Notes: generated from the letters alone by a model not told the origin. Numbered from the stretch's first letter, positions 30,703-42,355 are shown. The stretch is 64,000 nt of DNA from Microcoleus sp. (GCA_052279835.1 CP181291.1:5568001-5632000), one strand, 5' to 3'. Program-made: numbers and translations.

Positions 30703-32997
30703 ATGCCCGCGACTGTCCCATTTGAACAGATTGACCGGATTGTGGGGAATCAACACCACGATCCATTTGAAGTGCTCGGCCCCCACGCGATCGAGGAAAA
30801 CGGCAAAAAAATCTGGGCCGTCCGAGTTTATCTGCCCAATGCGGATGCAGTATCGGTGGTATTGCCAGCATCGAGAACGGAACACCCGATGCAGTCAGTA
30901 CATCACCCTCATTTTTTTGAATGTGCGATCGAAATTCCCGAACTAGCTAACTACCAACTGCGAGTCAAAGAAGGAGAACACGAACGTTTTATCTACGATC
31001 CCTACGCCTTTCGATCGCCCAAACTCACAGAATTCGACCAGCATCTATTCTCCGAAGGTAATCACCACCGGATCTACGAAAAACTAGGGGCGCACCTCAC
31101 CCAAGTAGACGGCATCCCAGGAGTATATTTTGCAGTTTGGGCACCCAATGCGCGCAACGTCTCAGTTTTAGGCGATTTCAACTATTGGGACGGCCGCAAA
31201 CATCAAATGCGGAAGTCCCAAAATGGCATCTGGGAATTATTTATTCCGGGACTCGATGCGGGAACTCACTACAAATATGAAGTGAAAAACCAAGACGGAC
31301 ATCCCTATGAAAAGTCAGACCCCTACGGTTTCCAGCAAGAAGTACGACCAAAAACAGCATCCATAGTCACAGACTTAAACACCTACACTTGGAACGACAG
31401 CGCTTGGATCGAAAAACGGAGGCAGACAGACCCCCTGACACAGCCGATTTCCGTTTACGAATGCCACATCGGTTCTTGGCTCCATGCCGCCAGTGATGAA
31501 CCTTCAGTGTTGCCAAATGGTGACATAGAAAGGCTAGTCCAAGTTTCTGAACTGAAACCAGGGGCCCGGTTTCTGACTTATCGGGAATTAGCCGATAGAC
31601 TAATTCCTTACGTCAAAGATTTGGGATACACTCACATCGAAGTTCTACCAGTGGCAGAACATCCTTTCGACGGCTCTTGGGGTTATCAAGTGACGGGCTA
31701 TTTCGCCCCAACATCCCGCTACGGCAAACCAGAAGATTTCATGTATTTTGTTGACCAGTGTCACGCTGCGGGCATTGGTGTACTGGTGGACTGGGTACCG
31801 GGACATTTCCCCAAAGATGGACACGGTTTGGCCTTCTTTGATGGAACTCACTTGTACGAACACGCGGACCCGCGCAAAGGCGAACACAAAGAGTGGGGAA
31901 CCCTGGTATTTAACTACGGCCGCAACGAGGTGCGGAATTTCTTAGTATCTAACGCTCTTTTCTGGTTCGACAAATACCACATCGACGGAATTCGGGTAGA
32001 TGCCGTGGCTTCCATGCTGTATTTGGATTACTGTCGGGAACCGGGAGAATGGCTGACTAATCAGTACGGTGGCCGGGAAAATATTGAGGCGGCAGATTTT
32101 CTGCGGCAGGTGAATCATGTAATTTTCAGCTATTTCCCTGGTTCACTGTCCATCGCCGAAGAATCTACCTCTTGGCCGATGGTCTCTTGGCCGACCTATG
32201 TAGGTGGCTTGGGCTTCAATCTGAAGTGGAACATGGGTTGGATGCACGATATGCTCGACTATTTCCACATGGACCCTTGGTTCCGCCAGTTTCACCAGAA
32301 CAACATAACTTTCAGTATGTGGTACAACCACAGCGAGAATTTTATGCTGGCGCTATCCCACGATGAGGTAGTCCACGGAAAGGCTCACATCATTGGGAAA
32401 ATGCCTGGAGATGAATGGCAAAAGTGTGCAAACGTGCGGTGTTTGTTTACTTTTATGTTTACTCACCCAGGCAAGAAAACCATGTTTATGGGGATGGAGT
32501 TCGGTCAGTGGCAAGAGTGGAACGTTTGGGGGGATTTGCAGTGGAATTTGCTGCAATTTGAGCCTCACCAAAAGTTGAAGCTGTTTTTTAAGGATTTGAA
32601 CAATCTGTACCGCAGCGAATCAGCACTTTATAGTCAAGATTTTGCTGAGGATGGGTTTGACTGGATTGATTGCAGCGATAATCGGCACAGCGTCGTCGCT
32701 TTTATACGTCGAGCTAAGGATAGTGACGAGTTTGTGGTGACTGTTTGCAATTTTACGCCGCAGCCGCACTCTCATTATCGCGTCGGAGTGCCGGAACCGG
32801 GTTTCTATACGGAGTTGTTTAACAGCGACGCACGGGAGTACGGTGGCAGCAATATGGGCAATTTGGGGGGCAAGTGGACTGATGAGTGGTGGTTCCACAA
32901 TAGTGCTTATTCCATCGACTTGTGTTTGCCGCCTTTGGGTGTGTTAATTTTGAAGCTCGATCGGGCAAAAACAGCAGCAAAATCTCAAGAGTTTTGA
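30703..32997 (+). CDS. glgB: 1,4-alpha-glucan branching enzyme
   Basis: [42 protein letters not shown] and [10 protein letters not shown] motifs; GAGG RBS before ATG 30703. Confidence 0.97.
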   Translation: MPATVPFEQIDRIVGNQHHDPFEVLGPHAIEENGKKIWAVRVYLPNADAVSVVLPASRTEHPMQSVHHPHFFECAIEIPELANYQLRVKEGEHERFIYDPYAFRSPKLTEFDQHLFSEGNHHRIYEKLGAHLTQVDGIPGVYFAVWAPNARNVSVLGDFNYWDGRKHQMRKSQNGIWELFIPGLDAGTHYKYEVKNQDGHPYEKSDPYGFQQEVRPKTASIVTDLNTYTWNDSAWIEKRRQTDPLTQPISVYECHIGSWLHAASDEPSVLPNGDIERLVQVSELKPGARFLTYRELADRLIPYVKDLGYTHIEVLPVAEHPFDGSWGYQVTGYFAPTSRYGKPEDFMYFVDQCHAAGIGVLVDWVPGHFPKDGHGLAFFDGTHLYEHADPRKGEHKEWGTLVFNYGRNEVRNFLVSNALFWFDKYHIDGIRVDAVASMLYLDYCREPGEWLTNQYGGRENIEAADFLRQVNHVIFSYFPGSLSIAEESTSWPMVSWPTYVGGLGFNLKWNMGWMHDMLDYFHMDPWFRQFHQNNITFSMWYNHSENFMLALSHDEVVHGKAHIIGKMPGDEWQKCANVRCLFTFMFTHPGKKTMFMGMEFGQWQEWNVWGDLQWNLLQFEPHQKLKLFFKDLNNLYRSESALYSQDFAEDGFDWIDCSDNRHSVVAFIRRAKDSDEFVVTVCNFTPQPHSHYRVGVPEPGFYTELFNSDAREYGGSNMGNLGGKWTDEWWFHNSAYSIDLCLPPLGVLILKLDRAKTAAKSQEF

Positions 32998-33000
32998 TGA

Positions 33001-33108
33001 CGGTCACTGAGCGTAGTCGAAGTGTCCCCCTTGGAGTCTTAGACCCTTCGACTACGCTCAGGGAACAATTTACGCGGTTAACAAATAACAAATAACAAAT
33101 AACTAATA
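33001..33108. repeat. Inverted pair of small dispersed repeats (CTGAGCGTAGTCGAAG / CTTCGACTACGCTCAG) plus (ACAAATA)n
   Basis: Related copies near 18494, 30561, 42124, 52128 and 63724. Confidence 0.75.
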
Positions 33109-33109
33109 A

Positions 33110-34006
33110 CTAAATATTCGATGAAAGTTTAGGCGAATCAACTGCTACTACTTCCGAAATAGATTCTTCTTTCGCAGAGTCTAAGTTTGGCAGTGGCATA
33201 TGCTTCATTTCCCAAACTTTCAGCAAAATTAAATATTCATAAAAAGCTTGCAGCGTACACCAAGCTAGTCCCGCTTGACCGTCAAGAAATCCGCCTAGTA
33301 AAATATACATATAGAAAAAGCGCACAACTGGTCGTAAAGGCAAGCGCAAAGAAAAATCTTTCAATGCACGGCGTCTTTCCACTTCTGAGGCTCCAAAAAA
33401 TAAATCCCACCAATTTACTTGACCAGCTTCTAGTTGACGGAGGGTTTCGGCTGCTTCGTCAGTCGAGTAGCGGTTGTGCTTTTCAATCCAGCGAGAAAGA
33501 CCTTTGCTGCAAGTATAGTGAGGGTAGGTTTCCTTCAGGAAGTGAGTCGGACCATTGCAAACTTCCCGTTCCGTGTGGCCGTAGTCACTAAACCACACTT
33601 TGTCTTTGCGAAACAGGCGCATTTGATAGCGGGGATATTGAGTGCTGCGGCGAATCCAACGCTCCATAAATATTACTTTTTCAGCGACGTAATAGCCTAT
33701 ATATTCTTGACTTTCGATCGCCTTTAGGCATTCAGCAAACAGTGCAGGTGTCATCCGCTCATCTGCTTCGAGGATATAAACCCATTCGTACTTGCAGGGA
33801 ACTTCTTGCAACATCCAAGTCCGCTGACGCCCGTGAGTTTCAAAAGCGTGCTGTACCAAGAGGACTGGATAGCCCTGGATAATCTCAAGGGTACGATCGC
33901 TGCTGAAAGAATCAACCACAATGATATCGTCACAAAGCAGCGCCGATTCAATGCAAGCGGCGATATCAATCTCTTCGTTGTAAGTCAGAATATAAATTGA
34001 GAACAT
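33110..34006 (-). CDS. Glycosyltransferase family 2 protein
   Basis: SIYILTYNEE, IIVVDSFSSDRT, WVYILEADE. Confidence 0.9.
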   Translation of the reverse strand: MFSIYILTYNEEIDIAACIESALLCDDIIVVDSFSSDRTLEIIQGYPVLLVQHAFETHGRQRTWMLQEVPCKYEWVYILEADERMTPALFAECLKAIESQEYIGYYVAEKVIFMERWIRRSTQYPRYQMRLFRKDKVWFSDYGHTEREVCNGPTHFLKETYPHYTCSKGLSRWIEKHNRYSTDEAAETLRQLEAGQVNWWDLFFGASEVERRRALKDFSLRLPLRPVVRFFYMYILLGGFLDGQAGLAWCTLQAFYEYLILLKVWEMKHMPLPNLDSAKEESISEVVAVDSPKLSSNI

Positions 34007-34204
34007 TCCCAGCTTTCAGTAAGGGCAAACCATAGCAGAAGGAAGAAGTCCGATGGATTTCGGCACAAGAGCGATGTGCAAATGCAAGAGAATCAATGGT
34101 TTCAGCAATTAACAACGTCCTAACTGCGTCAGCGGTTGCTATATTAACCACATCAAATATTTATTAGAGATGTCTCGACCCGCGCGATCCCCGCTGTTGG
34201 CTGG

Positions 34205-35035
34205 TCAACTCTTGCGGCGGCCGAACCGAGGAATCCCCATGCTTCTCAATCCAGTCCAACCAACAGTAATGTAACCGATCGCCAAGAGTAAACTGCTGAT
34301 GCCCGTCTGCAAACTAGAATTTCTCGATCGAGTTCTCAACTCTTTCTCTTTTTGTTGCTTACGAGTCTGAATTTCTTTGCGGGCCTGGTTGGGAAGTTCT
34401 TGGGCTTGCTGTTCCAGAAATTTGTCTAGGGCCTTCGGGTCATTTTTTGACTCCTGAAGCACAGCTTTCAATTCCTTGGGAACCTCTGGACTCTTGAGTG
34501 CTTGTGCCATTTTTCCCTCATCTTGTAGCAGGGCTGCTATCTGACTGCGGCGCTGGCTTTTAAGCTGTTCTATCTGAGCTTTGAACTGATCGCTTTTAAT
34601 TTGGGCTTCCAGTTGACCCTCAGCTTGTCCGGCTTCTCTATCGACTTGAACAAGAGCCTCCTTGAGTTCCAAACGAGTATTGTTGAGATGAAGTGGGACC
34701 AGACACAGATAAATCAGGCCTAGCAAACTGGAAACTAACAGCGCCCAGAATCGTAAATCCAGCCAAATATTTTGGCGTTCGATGGAGACTCCAGTGCTGC
34801 TGTCCACCCAAAAGCCAGTCATCAGTAGGGCTATACCCATTAAAGGAATAATTCCCCGGTCAACTATCTGAGTTGCCGCAGCCAACTGCCACCCTCTATT
34901 GAGAATGTCGGAGGTTTCTCCCGGTAGTGACAGCACAATGCAGTCGAGCAAAGCAGAGAGAATCAAGATAATCCCCACTACTTTGAGAGTGCGAGCGGCT
35001 ACAGAAGAAAATTGACGGCTATTAGTTGCTTTCAT
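34205..35035 (-). CDS. HpsJ-like (hormogonium polysaccharide) membrane protein
   Basis: TLKVVGIILIL...QIVDRGIIPLMG, three TMs plus coiled coil plus C-terminal TM; adjacent to GT2. Confidence 0.7.
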   Translation of the reverse strand: MKATNSRQFSSVAARTLKVVGIILILSALLDCIVLSLPGETSDILNRGWQLAAATQIVDRGIIPLMGIALLMTGFWVDSSTGVSIERQNIWLDLRFWALLVSSLLGLIYLCLVPLHLNNTRLELKEALVQVDREAGQAEGQLEAQIKSDQFKAQIEQLKSQRRSQIAALLQDEGKMAQALKSPEVPKELKAVLQESKNDPKALDKFLEQQAQELPNQARKEIQTRKQQKEKELRTRSRNSSLQTGISSLLLAIGYITVGWTGLRSMGIPRFGRRKS

Positions 35036-35270
35036 ACAAATATGCGGTAAGTGGGAAACGAGGGAGTTTAGATCCAAGAGGAAAGTGACACCAGCGGTGG
35101 GAACCGCCTAGTCAATAGCAGAATGGAGGGTTGTTGACCCCTCATACCTTTGGGCCTACTCCCTTGCGGAGTGATGTGAGCGCGCCTTTGTGATGACAGT
35201 TTTAGGGGCCCAAAGCACGGTCTCTGTTACATAGCAGACTATGAACCAGCAGCAACAGATCTCTTGATTA

Positions 35271-35362
35271 CAGGACTTACGCTATCGATCTACCTAGAGT
35301 GTTTTGTAGGGGCAATCCCCCCGTGGTTGCCACGCTTACCTGCGCATTATGCGTAAGTCCTG
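35271..35362. mobile_element. 92-bp MITE with 12-bp TIRs and 5-bp direct flanks, carrying a REP-like hairpin
   Basis: CAGGACTTACGC...GCGTAAGTCCTG flanked by GATTA on both sides; internal GTAGGGGCAATCCCCCCGTGGTTGCC. Confidence 0.75.
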
Positions 35363-35703
35363 GATTAGCTAGGTATCAAGCGGGTGTATTGACTCAAATA
35401 ACCTAGTCAGTTAAGACGGGAGGTTAGCCAGTACGGCTGGTTTGATGGCTCTGGCGAGGGAGCGTATCGTGAGACTTGCGTAACAGAGAATTCCTGTTGG
35501 ATAATTTTACACCCTTAGATTCAAGGCGGTAGTTGAATAGATTTTGTTGCACAAGTTAAGTTATTTTCCACCAAAAGAGCTCGTTGCGACACCAGGCTCG
35601 ACTTTTTTATGATTGTTCTTGACTGCGGTTTCCGTACAGAGGTGTTCTCACTTTTGCTGGTAGGATGGTTCATCGCTGTTCAAACTCGCTGTTGGTGGAA
35701 ACA

Positions 35704-36192
35704 ATGATTTCTGGTGTTTATGGGTTGAAAGAACTTGCTCGTGCGATCGCCTCAAATCCGGCTCAGTGGCGTCCCCTCGTGTTTACCAACGGCTGCTTCG
35801 ATATCTTACACGCAGGGCACGTCCGCTATTTGCAGCAGGCTTCATCCTTGGGGCGATCCCTCGTGGTGGGATTGAATAGTGATGCTAGCGTACAAGCCCT
35901 CAAACCCCAGCAGCCGGGATTACCAACGCGCCCCATCGTACCAGAAGAACAGCGAGCCGAAGTTTTAGCAGCTCTCAAAGCCGTAGACGCCGTGGTAATT
36001 TTTCCCGAAACTACCGCCATTGAACTGATCGCGATGCTGAAACCAGATATCTACGTTAAAGGAGGCGACTATCAAATCGAAACACTACCGGAAGCACCTG
36101 CGGTTTTAGCCTGTGGTGGCAAAATTTCCTTGGTCAAAATAGAAGTTCCGAGTTCTACCAGTGCGATCGTCAAACGCATTTTGCAGTTATAG
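35704..36192 (+). CDS. RfaE domain II-like adenylyl/cytidylyltransferase
   Basis: VFTNGCFDILHAGHV, VVGLNSDASV and VKGGDY motifs. Confidence 0.9.
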   Translation: MISGVYGLKELARAIASNPAQWRPLVFTNGCFDILHAGHVRYLQQASSLGRSLVVGLNSDASVQALKPQQPGLPTRPIVPEEQRAEVLAALKAVDAVVIFPETTAIELIAMLKPDIYVKGGDYQIETLPEAPAVLACGGKISLVKIEVPSSTSAIVKRILQL

Positions 36193-36238
36193 AATACAGC
36201 AATAATATGCAAACACTTATCTTATTGATTTGTCAAAC

Positions 36239-37711
36239 ATGACTTTCATCTCCCTTCAATACGCCCAATTTTTGCTAAGTTTGTTAGTTGTTTATTGGTT
36301 AGTGCCACTGCGATGGTGGCGACTTTCCATCATGGTAATTGGTAGTCTGATTTTTTATGGTTCGCTGCAAAGATGGTACATTCCTCTGCTGTTAGTAGGT
36401 ACTCTGTTTAATTATGTCTTGGCAATGGCGATCGGGGAACCTCTGGATTGGCGGATTGCTAACGAATCTTGGAACCGCCGCCGTTGGTTGCTGCTGTGCA
36501 TAGGAATTAGCGTGAATGTATTGCTGCTTCTAGGCTTTAAGTATGTGCCTTTTTTCTTAAGTTCCCTAGGCAATTTGTTAAATTTACCCGTGGCTTTAGA
36601 CAGTGCGGACTGGGTAAAAACCCACGTAATTGCACCTCTAGGATTGAGTTTTTTTTGCTTTGAGTGCATTGCTTATTTGATTGACGTGTATCGAGGTGCA
36701 CCTGCGGCAAATTCACTGCTGCACTTTGCGGCTTACAAGTTGTTTTTTCCCAAATTAATTTCTGGACCAATTACTCGGTATCACAACTTAATTTATCAAC
36801 TAAAATCCCAGAAATTTCCCACAGCAGATGGCATTGCAGAGGGACTGTGGGCGATCGCCTCCGGTGCAGTAAAAAAAGGGCTTGTGGCGGATAATTTGGG
36901 AATTTATGTAGATTTAAGTTTTACTAACTTGCAGCGGGCGGGAAGCGAAGATTTGTGGCTGACAATTTTTGCTTACGGGTTGCAACTTTATCTCGACTTT
37001 AGCGCTTATGTTGACATCGCGCGCGGTACTGCTTTGCTGCTAGGTTGGTACTTGCCACCCAATTTTGATTTTCCTTATTTTAGTGCTAGCATAGGCGATT
37101 TTTGGCGGCGCTGGCACATGACTTTGGGAGATTGGCTGCGGAATTATTTGTATTTTCCTTTGGGGGGTTCGCGGGTTAGTTTGTGGCGTACTTGTCTGAA
37201 TTTGTTAATCGTCATGTTAGTGGCTGGAATTTGGCATGGTGCGGCTTGGGGATTTATGGTGTGGGGGGGGTTACACGGTTTGGCTTTGGTGGTTCATAGG
37301 CTGACGGATGTGGTGTTTAAGCGGTTGCGAATAGATTTTTTGTGGGACAATGCGATCGGCTTTTTCATCGGTTGGCTGTTAACTCAAGCTATGGTTTTTG
37401 GTAGTTGGATATTTTTCCGTCTTCCCAATTTGAAAGACTCTGGATGGGTGATTTCCCATTTGTGGGGACATCCTGCTGATGTCCAGTTTGCACATAAGGT
37501 GTATGTGGAAGCCCTGGGTTTGGAAAGAGTGCAGTTAAGTTGGATGTTGGGGGGCTTGGCGGTGGCGATGCTGATGAATTATACGTTAATTCGGGGTTTG
37601 AAGGTGGAGTTGAATTGGCCTGTGAAGTTGATGTTAGTACCGCTTTGTTTGTATGCGGTTTGGTTGTTGGCACCGGAGGGTGGTTTACCTTACATTTATT
37701 TTGATTTTTAG
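36239..37711 (+). CDS. MBOAT family O-acyltransferase (AlgI/DltB-like)
   Basis: PLGLSFF, FFPKLISGPI, DFWRRWHMTL, AGIWHGAAW and C-terminal YIYFDF. Confidence 0.92.
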   Translation: MTFISLQYAQFLLSLLVVYWLVPLRWWRLSIMVIGSLIFYGSLQRWYIPLLLVGTLFNYVLAMAIGEPLDWRIANESWNRRRWLLLCIGISVNVLLLLGFKYVPFFLSSLGNLLNLPVALDSADWVKTHVIAPLGLSFFCFECIAYLIDVYRGAPAANSLLHFAAYKLFFPKLISGPITRYHNLIYQLKSQKFPTADGIAEGLWAIASGAVKKGLVADNLGIYVDLSFTNLQRAGSEDLWLTIFAYGLQLYLDFSAYVDIARGTALLLGWYLPPNFDFPYFSASIGDFWRRWHMTLGDWLRNYLYFPLGGSRVSLWRTCLNLLIVMLVAGIWHGAAWGFMVWGGLHGLALVVHRLTDVVFKRLRIDFLWDNAIGFFIGWLLTQAMVFGSWIFFRLPNLKDSGWVISHLWGHPADVQFAHKVYVEALGLERVQLSWMLGGLAVAMLMNYTLIRGLKVELNWPVKLMLVPLCLYAVWLLAPEGGLPYIYFDF

Positions 37712-37819
37712 AGGATGGGAAGGAAGAATGCTCGAATTTATGCAAGGGTGTAAAAAATCTGGTTTCTGCCTCAATATTTTGGTTAACAAATCAGGATTTA
37801 TTAGAGAACCAGGTTTTTT

Positions 37820-37941
37820 GGGAGCATCCCAATTTTGTAGGGGCTCTCGCATGGCGACAGACAATTTATTAGTGATAACCAGAGATTTATTGCCGTCAGG
37901 CTTCGCCCCTACTAATATATTTGCAAAACTGAGGTGCACCC
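37820..37941 (+). mobile_element. ~122-bp MITE (GGGAGCATCCC...GAGGTGCACCC) copy 1
   Basis: Near-identical to 40169-40289 and 44119-44239; flanks GGTTTTTT/AGTTTTTT. Confidence 0.8.
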
Positions 37942-37957
37942 AGTTTTTTTGCGTCGC

Positions 37958-38779
37958 TTATTGATAGGAACACCAGTCACTCCAGCTACCTGGATAAAGT
38001 TTAGCGTTGGGAATTCCGGCTATTTCTAAAGACAATAAATTCACGCAAGCTGTTACCCCGGAACCGCAATAAACCATAATTTCTTCGGCGGTGGCTAATT
38101 CTGTCCAAAGTTGCTTTTGTGCTGAAGTCGATCGCACTTTTCCTGTCTCATCTGTCACCTGTTGCCAAGGATAGTTGACAGCACCGGGAATGTGGCCTGC
38201 AATGGGGTCGATCGGCTCCCGGAGGCCAAGATATCGATCGTTCTCCCGCGAATCAACCAAAACCTTTCCCGGCAAGTCTTTTAGTGCTTTTACGGCCTCA
38301 ATATCCACAATCAGGTGCGATCGCAATTCGGGGACAAATTTACCCTCACGAGGTTTTGGCAAAACATTTGTCACCGGATATCCAGCCGCTTTCCAGCCAC
38401 TGAAACCCCCATCTAACAATGCTACTTTACTGTGTCCCATATATCGCAGCAGCCACCACAACCGAGCCGCAAAAGCCAACCGCGAATCGTCATAGGCTAC
38501 AACTAAAGTTTCTGGGGAATTAATGCCAATTTCACTCAATTTTTCCGCTAATTCTGTAATATTTGGCAGCGGATGTCTGCCACCATGTTTTTCAACTGGA
38601 CTAGCGAGGTCTTGGTTTAAATCTAAATAAAAAGCTCCGGGAATGTGACTTTCTTGATATTGTTTTTGTCCCAATTCTGGATCGGCTAGAGAAAACCGAC
38701 AGTCAATAATTACAACTTGCTGATTTTCGGTATTGCCGGCTAACCATTCAGGATTAACTATCAAATTGGTGTCTGTCAT
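37958..38779 (-). CDS. Sulfurtransferase (tandem rhodanese, SseA-like)
   Basis: HIPGAF, GRHPLP, LLDGG, YCGSGVTAC and LYPGSWSDW motifs. Confidence 0.92.
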   Translation of the reverse strand: MTDTNLIVNPEWLAGNTENQQVVIIDCRFSLADPELGQKQYQESHIPGAFYLDLNQDLASPVEKHGGRHPLPNITELAEKLSEIGINSPETLVVAYDDSRLAFAARLWWLLRYMGHSKVALLDGGFSGWKAAGYPVTNVLPKPREGKFVPELRSHLIVDIEAVKALKDLPGKVLVDSRENDRYLGLREPIDPIAGHIPGAVNYPWQQVTDETGKVRSTSAQKQLWTELATAEEIMVYCGSGVTACVNLLSLEIAGIPNAKLYPGSWSDWCSYQ

Positions 38780-38856
38780 ATTGATTTAAAAATTACTGTG
38801 TTTGAACGGCGATAAGTTGGAACATCTCTAGAAAATAAGCTGCTTTTTTCATCACG

Positions 38857-39849
38857 TTATTTTTCAGGATTAGATTTCTTATTTGCTTTCTCATTAGATG
38901 CTTTGTCGGAATTGGATTTTTTAGTTGATTTTTCAGTGGCTTCTTTTTCGGAATTGGATTTTTTAGTTGATTTTTCAGTGGCTTCTTTTTCGGAATTTGA
39001 CTTTTTAGCTGATTTTTCTGCTGATTCTTTTTCACCAGTGGCTGGTGTTGGACTTGGGGAAGGCAGAGTTACTGCTGATTCTTGAGCATAAATCAGATAT
39101 TTCTGATACTCAGCTACTTTTGTCTGAGCTAGTTCATGATGAGGACTTGATGGGGGTACTCTTCTCATCAAAGAGATGGCTTCTTGCCAGTTATTGGCAA
39201 CTAAATTCCATTCCTCTTTGGTTTTGGCTGCTCTCCCTAATTCTGCTGCTTTTACTGCACTGTTAACTGCCTCTCGAAAAGAATCTGGTACTGTTGCTAC
39301 AGTCGGTGTTTCCTCTAGATTTTTGCCCGCAGTTGCTGCTGGCTCGTTTAAAAGTTTACCAACAAAGGCTACGACGGCGATCGCCAATATACCTGTCACC
39401 ATCCCAACTACCATGAAAGTCGATCGCAGTCTATTCTCTAATTCTTTCATTTCCGGCGGTGTCGCCTCCATATTTTTCGCAGTTTCCATGAGGTTTTCCT
39501 GATTAGCAACTATTGTCAAGGATTTTTCAGGATAAATTTCTTGAGCAATACTTGGGTGTTCTAAAATAAATTCTTGACTCCAATCAGACACAGCCTGACC
39601 AATTTCTCGACCCTCAACTTTCACCAGGCGAATCGAATTTGGCTGCAAATCGGTTAATTCCTTGCGGACAAAATCTACTGATGTATCTGGTGCAGGTACG
39701 GGCGAAGCATCCAGAAATACTTCCAAATAATCGCCCTTGAGATTAACTGTCACTGTGATGTCTTCAGATTGTAACTGACTCTGGAGCCAAGAGGCGATCG
39801 CCTCCGGATTTCCCTGTTTGGCAAGTTCCTGAAAATTAAGCTCTGTCAT
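38857..39849 (-). CDS. Hypothetical bitopic membrane protein with Lys/Ser/Glu-rich repetitive tail
   Basis: LAKQGNPEAIA N-terminus, one TM, helical domain, 42-bp (14-aa) repeats at ~38907-39030. Confidence 0.75.
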   Translation of the reverse strand: MTELNFQELAKQGNPEAIASWLQSQLQSEDITVTVNLKGDYLEVFLDASPVPAPDTSVDFVRKELTDLQPNSIRLVKVEGREIGQAVSDWSQEFILEHPSIAQEIYPEKSLTIVANQENLMETAKNMEATPPEMKELENRLRSTFMVVGMVTGILAIAVVAFVGKLLNEPAATAGKNLEETPTVATVPDSFREAVNSAVKAAELGRAAKTKEEWNLVANNWQEAISLMRRVPPSSPHHELAQTKVAEYQKYLIYAQESAVTLPSPSPTPATGEKESAEKSAKKSNSEKEATEKSTKKSNSEKEATEKSTKKSNSDKASNEKANKKSNPEK

Positions 39850-40168
39850 AGCTGAAAACCTGATTTTTGGATAATTGATTCGCTATCACTCAATTTATTT
39901 TTGGGATTACTTTCATCCCGCCACTCATCCCGTAAACGGATAGACTTCGGGACTTCCCCTTCCTATAGGTGAAAATTTTTGTTGATGTTAAAGCACAATA
40001 ATTGAAATTTTACAACAGTATAATCCAGAAGTGTCGAAACTAGCGAGATCGATTGGGAATTTAGGGGTCAAGGATTGGGGATGGGAGTTTTGAAGCTAGC
40101 GAGTCTAAGGATCGATCCGGTGGCTTTCCGATATTTCCCTATCTTGGTAGATTTTTCCCTCTCCTATG

Positions 40169-40289
40169 GGGTGCATCTGTGTTTTGCAAATATATTCGTA
40201 GGGGTGAAGCCTGACGGCTGTAAATCTCTGGTTATCACTAATAAATTGTCTGCGGTCATGCTTCACCCATATAAAATGGGGATGCTCCC
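40169..40289 (-). mobile_element. ~121-bp MITE copy 2 with perfect 8-bp TSD
   Basis: CTCCTATG at 40161-40168 and 40290-40297. Confidence 0.85.
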
Positions 40290-40618
40290 CTCCTATGGAA
40301 CCCAACAGGAGTATGGTTGTGCGCGGTCAAGCTGCTTCACCCACCTAGGCTGAGTAGTCGCTGACATCCGTCAATCAAAAATATCGCCCGAAGGAATTTT
40401 CCCTTTCAGATTGGAGATTAAAAAATTGTGTCCTCGCAGTACAATTGACCGATGGCTAGTGATCGGTGAGCAACGGCTAAAAAAACAACATATCCAGAAT
40501 CCCTAATTCTGAAACAAGTCGGAGACAGGAGAGGGCGATCGGATTTGATGTCTAATTAGAGCGACCTACTTATCATCAGCCAAAATGTTTAACACATACG
40601 AAATTAATCGATCGCAAA

Positions 40619-41998
40619 ATGATAGCAATAGCAATCTTAGCGGCTGGACGTGGCACGCGCATGAAATCCGACTTGCCCAAAGTTTTACAAGAATTGGGCG
40701 GTCGAACTCTAGTTGAACGAGTCCTCAACAGTTGTCAAGAAATTGAAATTTCCCGGCGACTGGTCATCGTCGGTTATCGCAGCGAACTGGTTAAAAAAGC
40801 ACTCCTGGAAAATCAAGAATTAGAACCGGAAAATGCTGAATTGCCACCCTTAGAATTTGTCGAACAAACTGAACAATTAGGAACCGGTCACGCCATTCAA
40901 CAACTACTGCCTCATTTACAGGGATTTACGGGAGATTTACTGGTTTTAAATGGCGATGTGCCTTTGTTGCGATCGCAAACTCTCCAGCAATTAGTAGAAA
41001 CTCACCAGCAACACCAAAATTCTGCTACTTTGTTAACAGCTAACTTGGCAAATCCTCAAGGATATGGTCGAGTATTTACAGATAATCAAAACTTGGTAAC
41101 AGAAATTGTAGAAGACCGCGATTGCACAACCGCTCAAAAAGAAAATTGTCGGATTAATGCAGGTGTTTATTGTTTTCACTGGCCACATTTGGAAAAAGTC
41201 TTGCCCCAATTGAAGGCAGACAACAACCAACAAGAATATTACCTTACTGATACGGTGAAATACATGGCACCGGTGATGGCGATGGATGTAGCAGACGAGC
41301 GGGAAATATTGGGCATTAACGATCGCAAACACTTAGCCACACTTGCGGATATTTTGCAAATGCGGATCAAGGACAAGTGGATGGCTGCGGGAGTAACCCT
41401 GATCGACCCGAATAGCATTACCATCGATGATACCGTAGAGTTGCAGCCGGATGTGATCCTGGAACCACAAACCCATTTACGAGGTAAAACTTCCATTGCT
41501 AGTGGTAGTCGCATCGGTCCAGGCAGTTTGATTGAAAACAGTCAAATTGGTAAAAATGCAACTGTACTTTATGCCGTAGTTTCTGATAGTATTGTATCTG
41601 ATAATTCAAGGATTGGACCCTACGCACATTTGCGCAGTCATGCAGAAGTTGGCGCGAATTGTCGGGTGGGAAATTTTGTAGAATTGAAAAATACTCAAAT
41701 AGGCGATCGCACTAATGTTGCTCACTTATCTTATTTAGGCGACGCGACTTTGGGAGAGAAAGTCAATATCGGTGCGGGGACAATTACCGCCAATTATGAC
41801 GGAGTGAAGAAGCACAAAACTCAGATAGGCGATCGGACCAAAACAGGTTCTAATACTGTCCTGGTCGCACCAATTACTGTGGGGGAAGATGTTACCGTGG
41901 CGGCGGGTTCTGTGGTGACGGAAGATGTGCCAAATGATTGTTTAGTAGTTGCCCGTTCCCGACAAGTTGTCAAACCTGGTTGGAAGCTCAAAGAATAG
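40619..41998 (+). CDS. glmU: Bifunctional UDP-GlcNAc pyrophosphorylase/glucosamine-1-P acetyltransferase
   Basis: [30 protein letters not shown], hexapeptide repeats, HLSYLGD. Confidence 0.96.
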   Translation: MIAIAILAAGRGTRMKSDLPKVLQELGGRTLVERVLNSCQEIEISRRLVIVGYRSELVKKALLENQELEPENAELPPLEFVEQTEQLGTGHAIQQLLPHLQGFTGDLLVLNGDVPLLRSQTLQQLVETHQQHQNSATLLTANLANPQGYGRVFTDNQNLVTEIVEDRDCTTAQKENCRINAGVYCFHWPHLEKVLPQLKADNNQQEYYLTDTVKYMAPVMAMDVADEREILGINDRKHLATLADILQMRIKDKWMAAGVTLIDPNSITIDDTVELQPDVILEPQTHLRGKTSIASGSRIGPGSLIENSQIGKNATVLYAVVSDSIVSDNSRIGPYAHLRSHAEVGANCRVGNFVELKNTQIGDRTNVAHLSYLGDATLGEKVNIGAGTITANYDGVKKHKTQIGDRTKTGSNTVLVAPITVGEDVTVAAGSVVTEDVPNDCLVVARSRQVVKPGWKLKE

Positions 41999-42355
41999 GC
42001 TGAGAAACTGTTACTAAAATTCTACCCAGTTCTAGACAAATTATCCAGATTTTCAACATCTAACACTCACTTTGACGCTTGGTTCATTGGTCCGGCTCAG
42101 TTTCGCGGTGCCGGACCATTTTACCCTTCGACTACGTGGTGGTAGGCGCGATCGTTGCGTCGAAGGGTCCTTCGACTGGGTTTATGCCATCGTTGCTCTT
42201 GTATTTCAAAAGAACCGAAAGTAAATTAGGCTTTACATAATTGGCACTTACGTGTTAGTATAATTAACTGTGTGCGAAAGTGAGAGCGATCGCAACCTAT
42301 AAGGCTTTTAGATTGGGCAATCCCAAATCTCAAATCCTAACTTCAACATCGATCG

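Noticed and set aside
35658..35668. TGGTAGG-ATGG as a target of the omegaRNA guide
   Set aside because: Only ~7 nt match with a non-identical TAM; expected by chance.
37685..37964. Short ORFs here and at 40075-40353, 18469-18705, 52004-52263 and 57660-57842
   Set aside because: They are translations of MITEs or STRR arrays. Other short ORFs in the track overlap established genes in antisense or alternate frames.
42070..42200. Glutamine riboswitch or sRNA between glmU and tRNA-Ala
   Set aside because: The hairpins are explained by a terminator-like stem and CTTCGAC-type dispersed repeats; no GGAAGTA core is visible.
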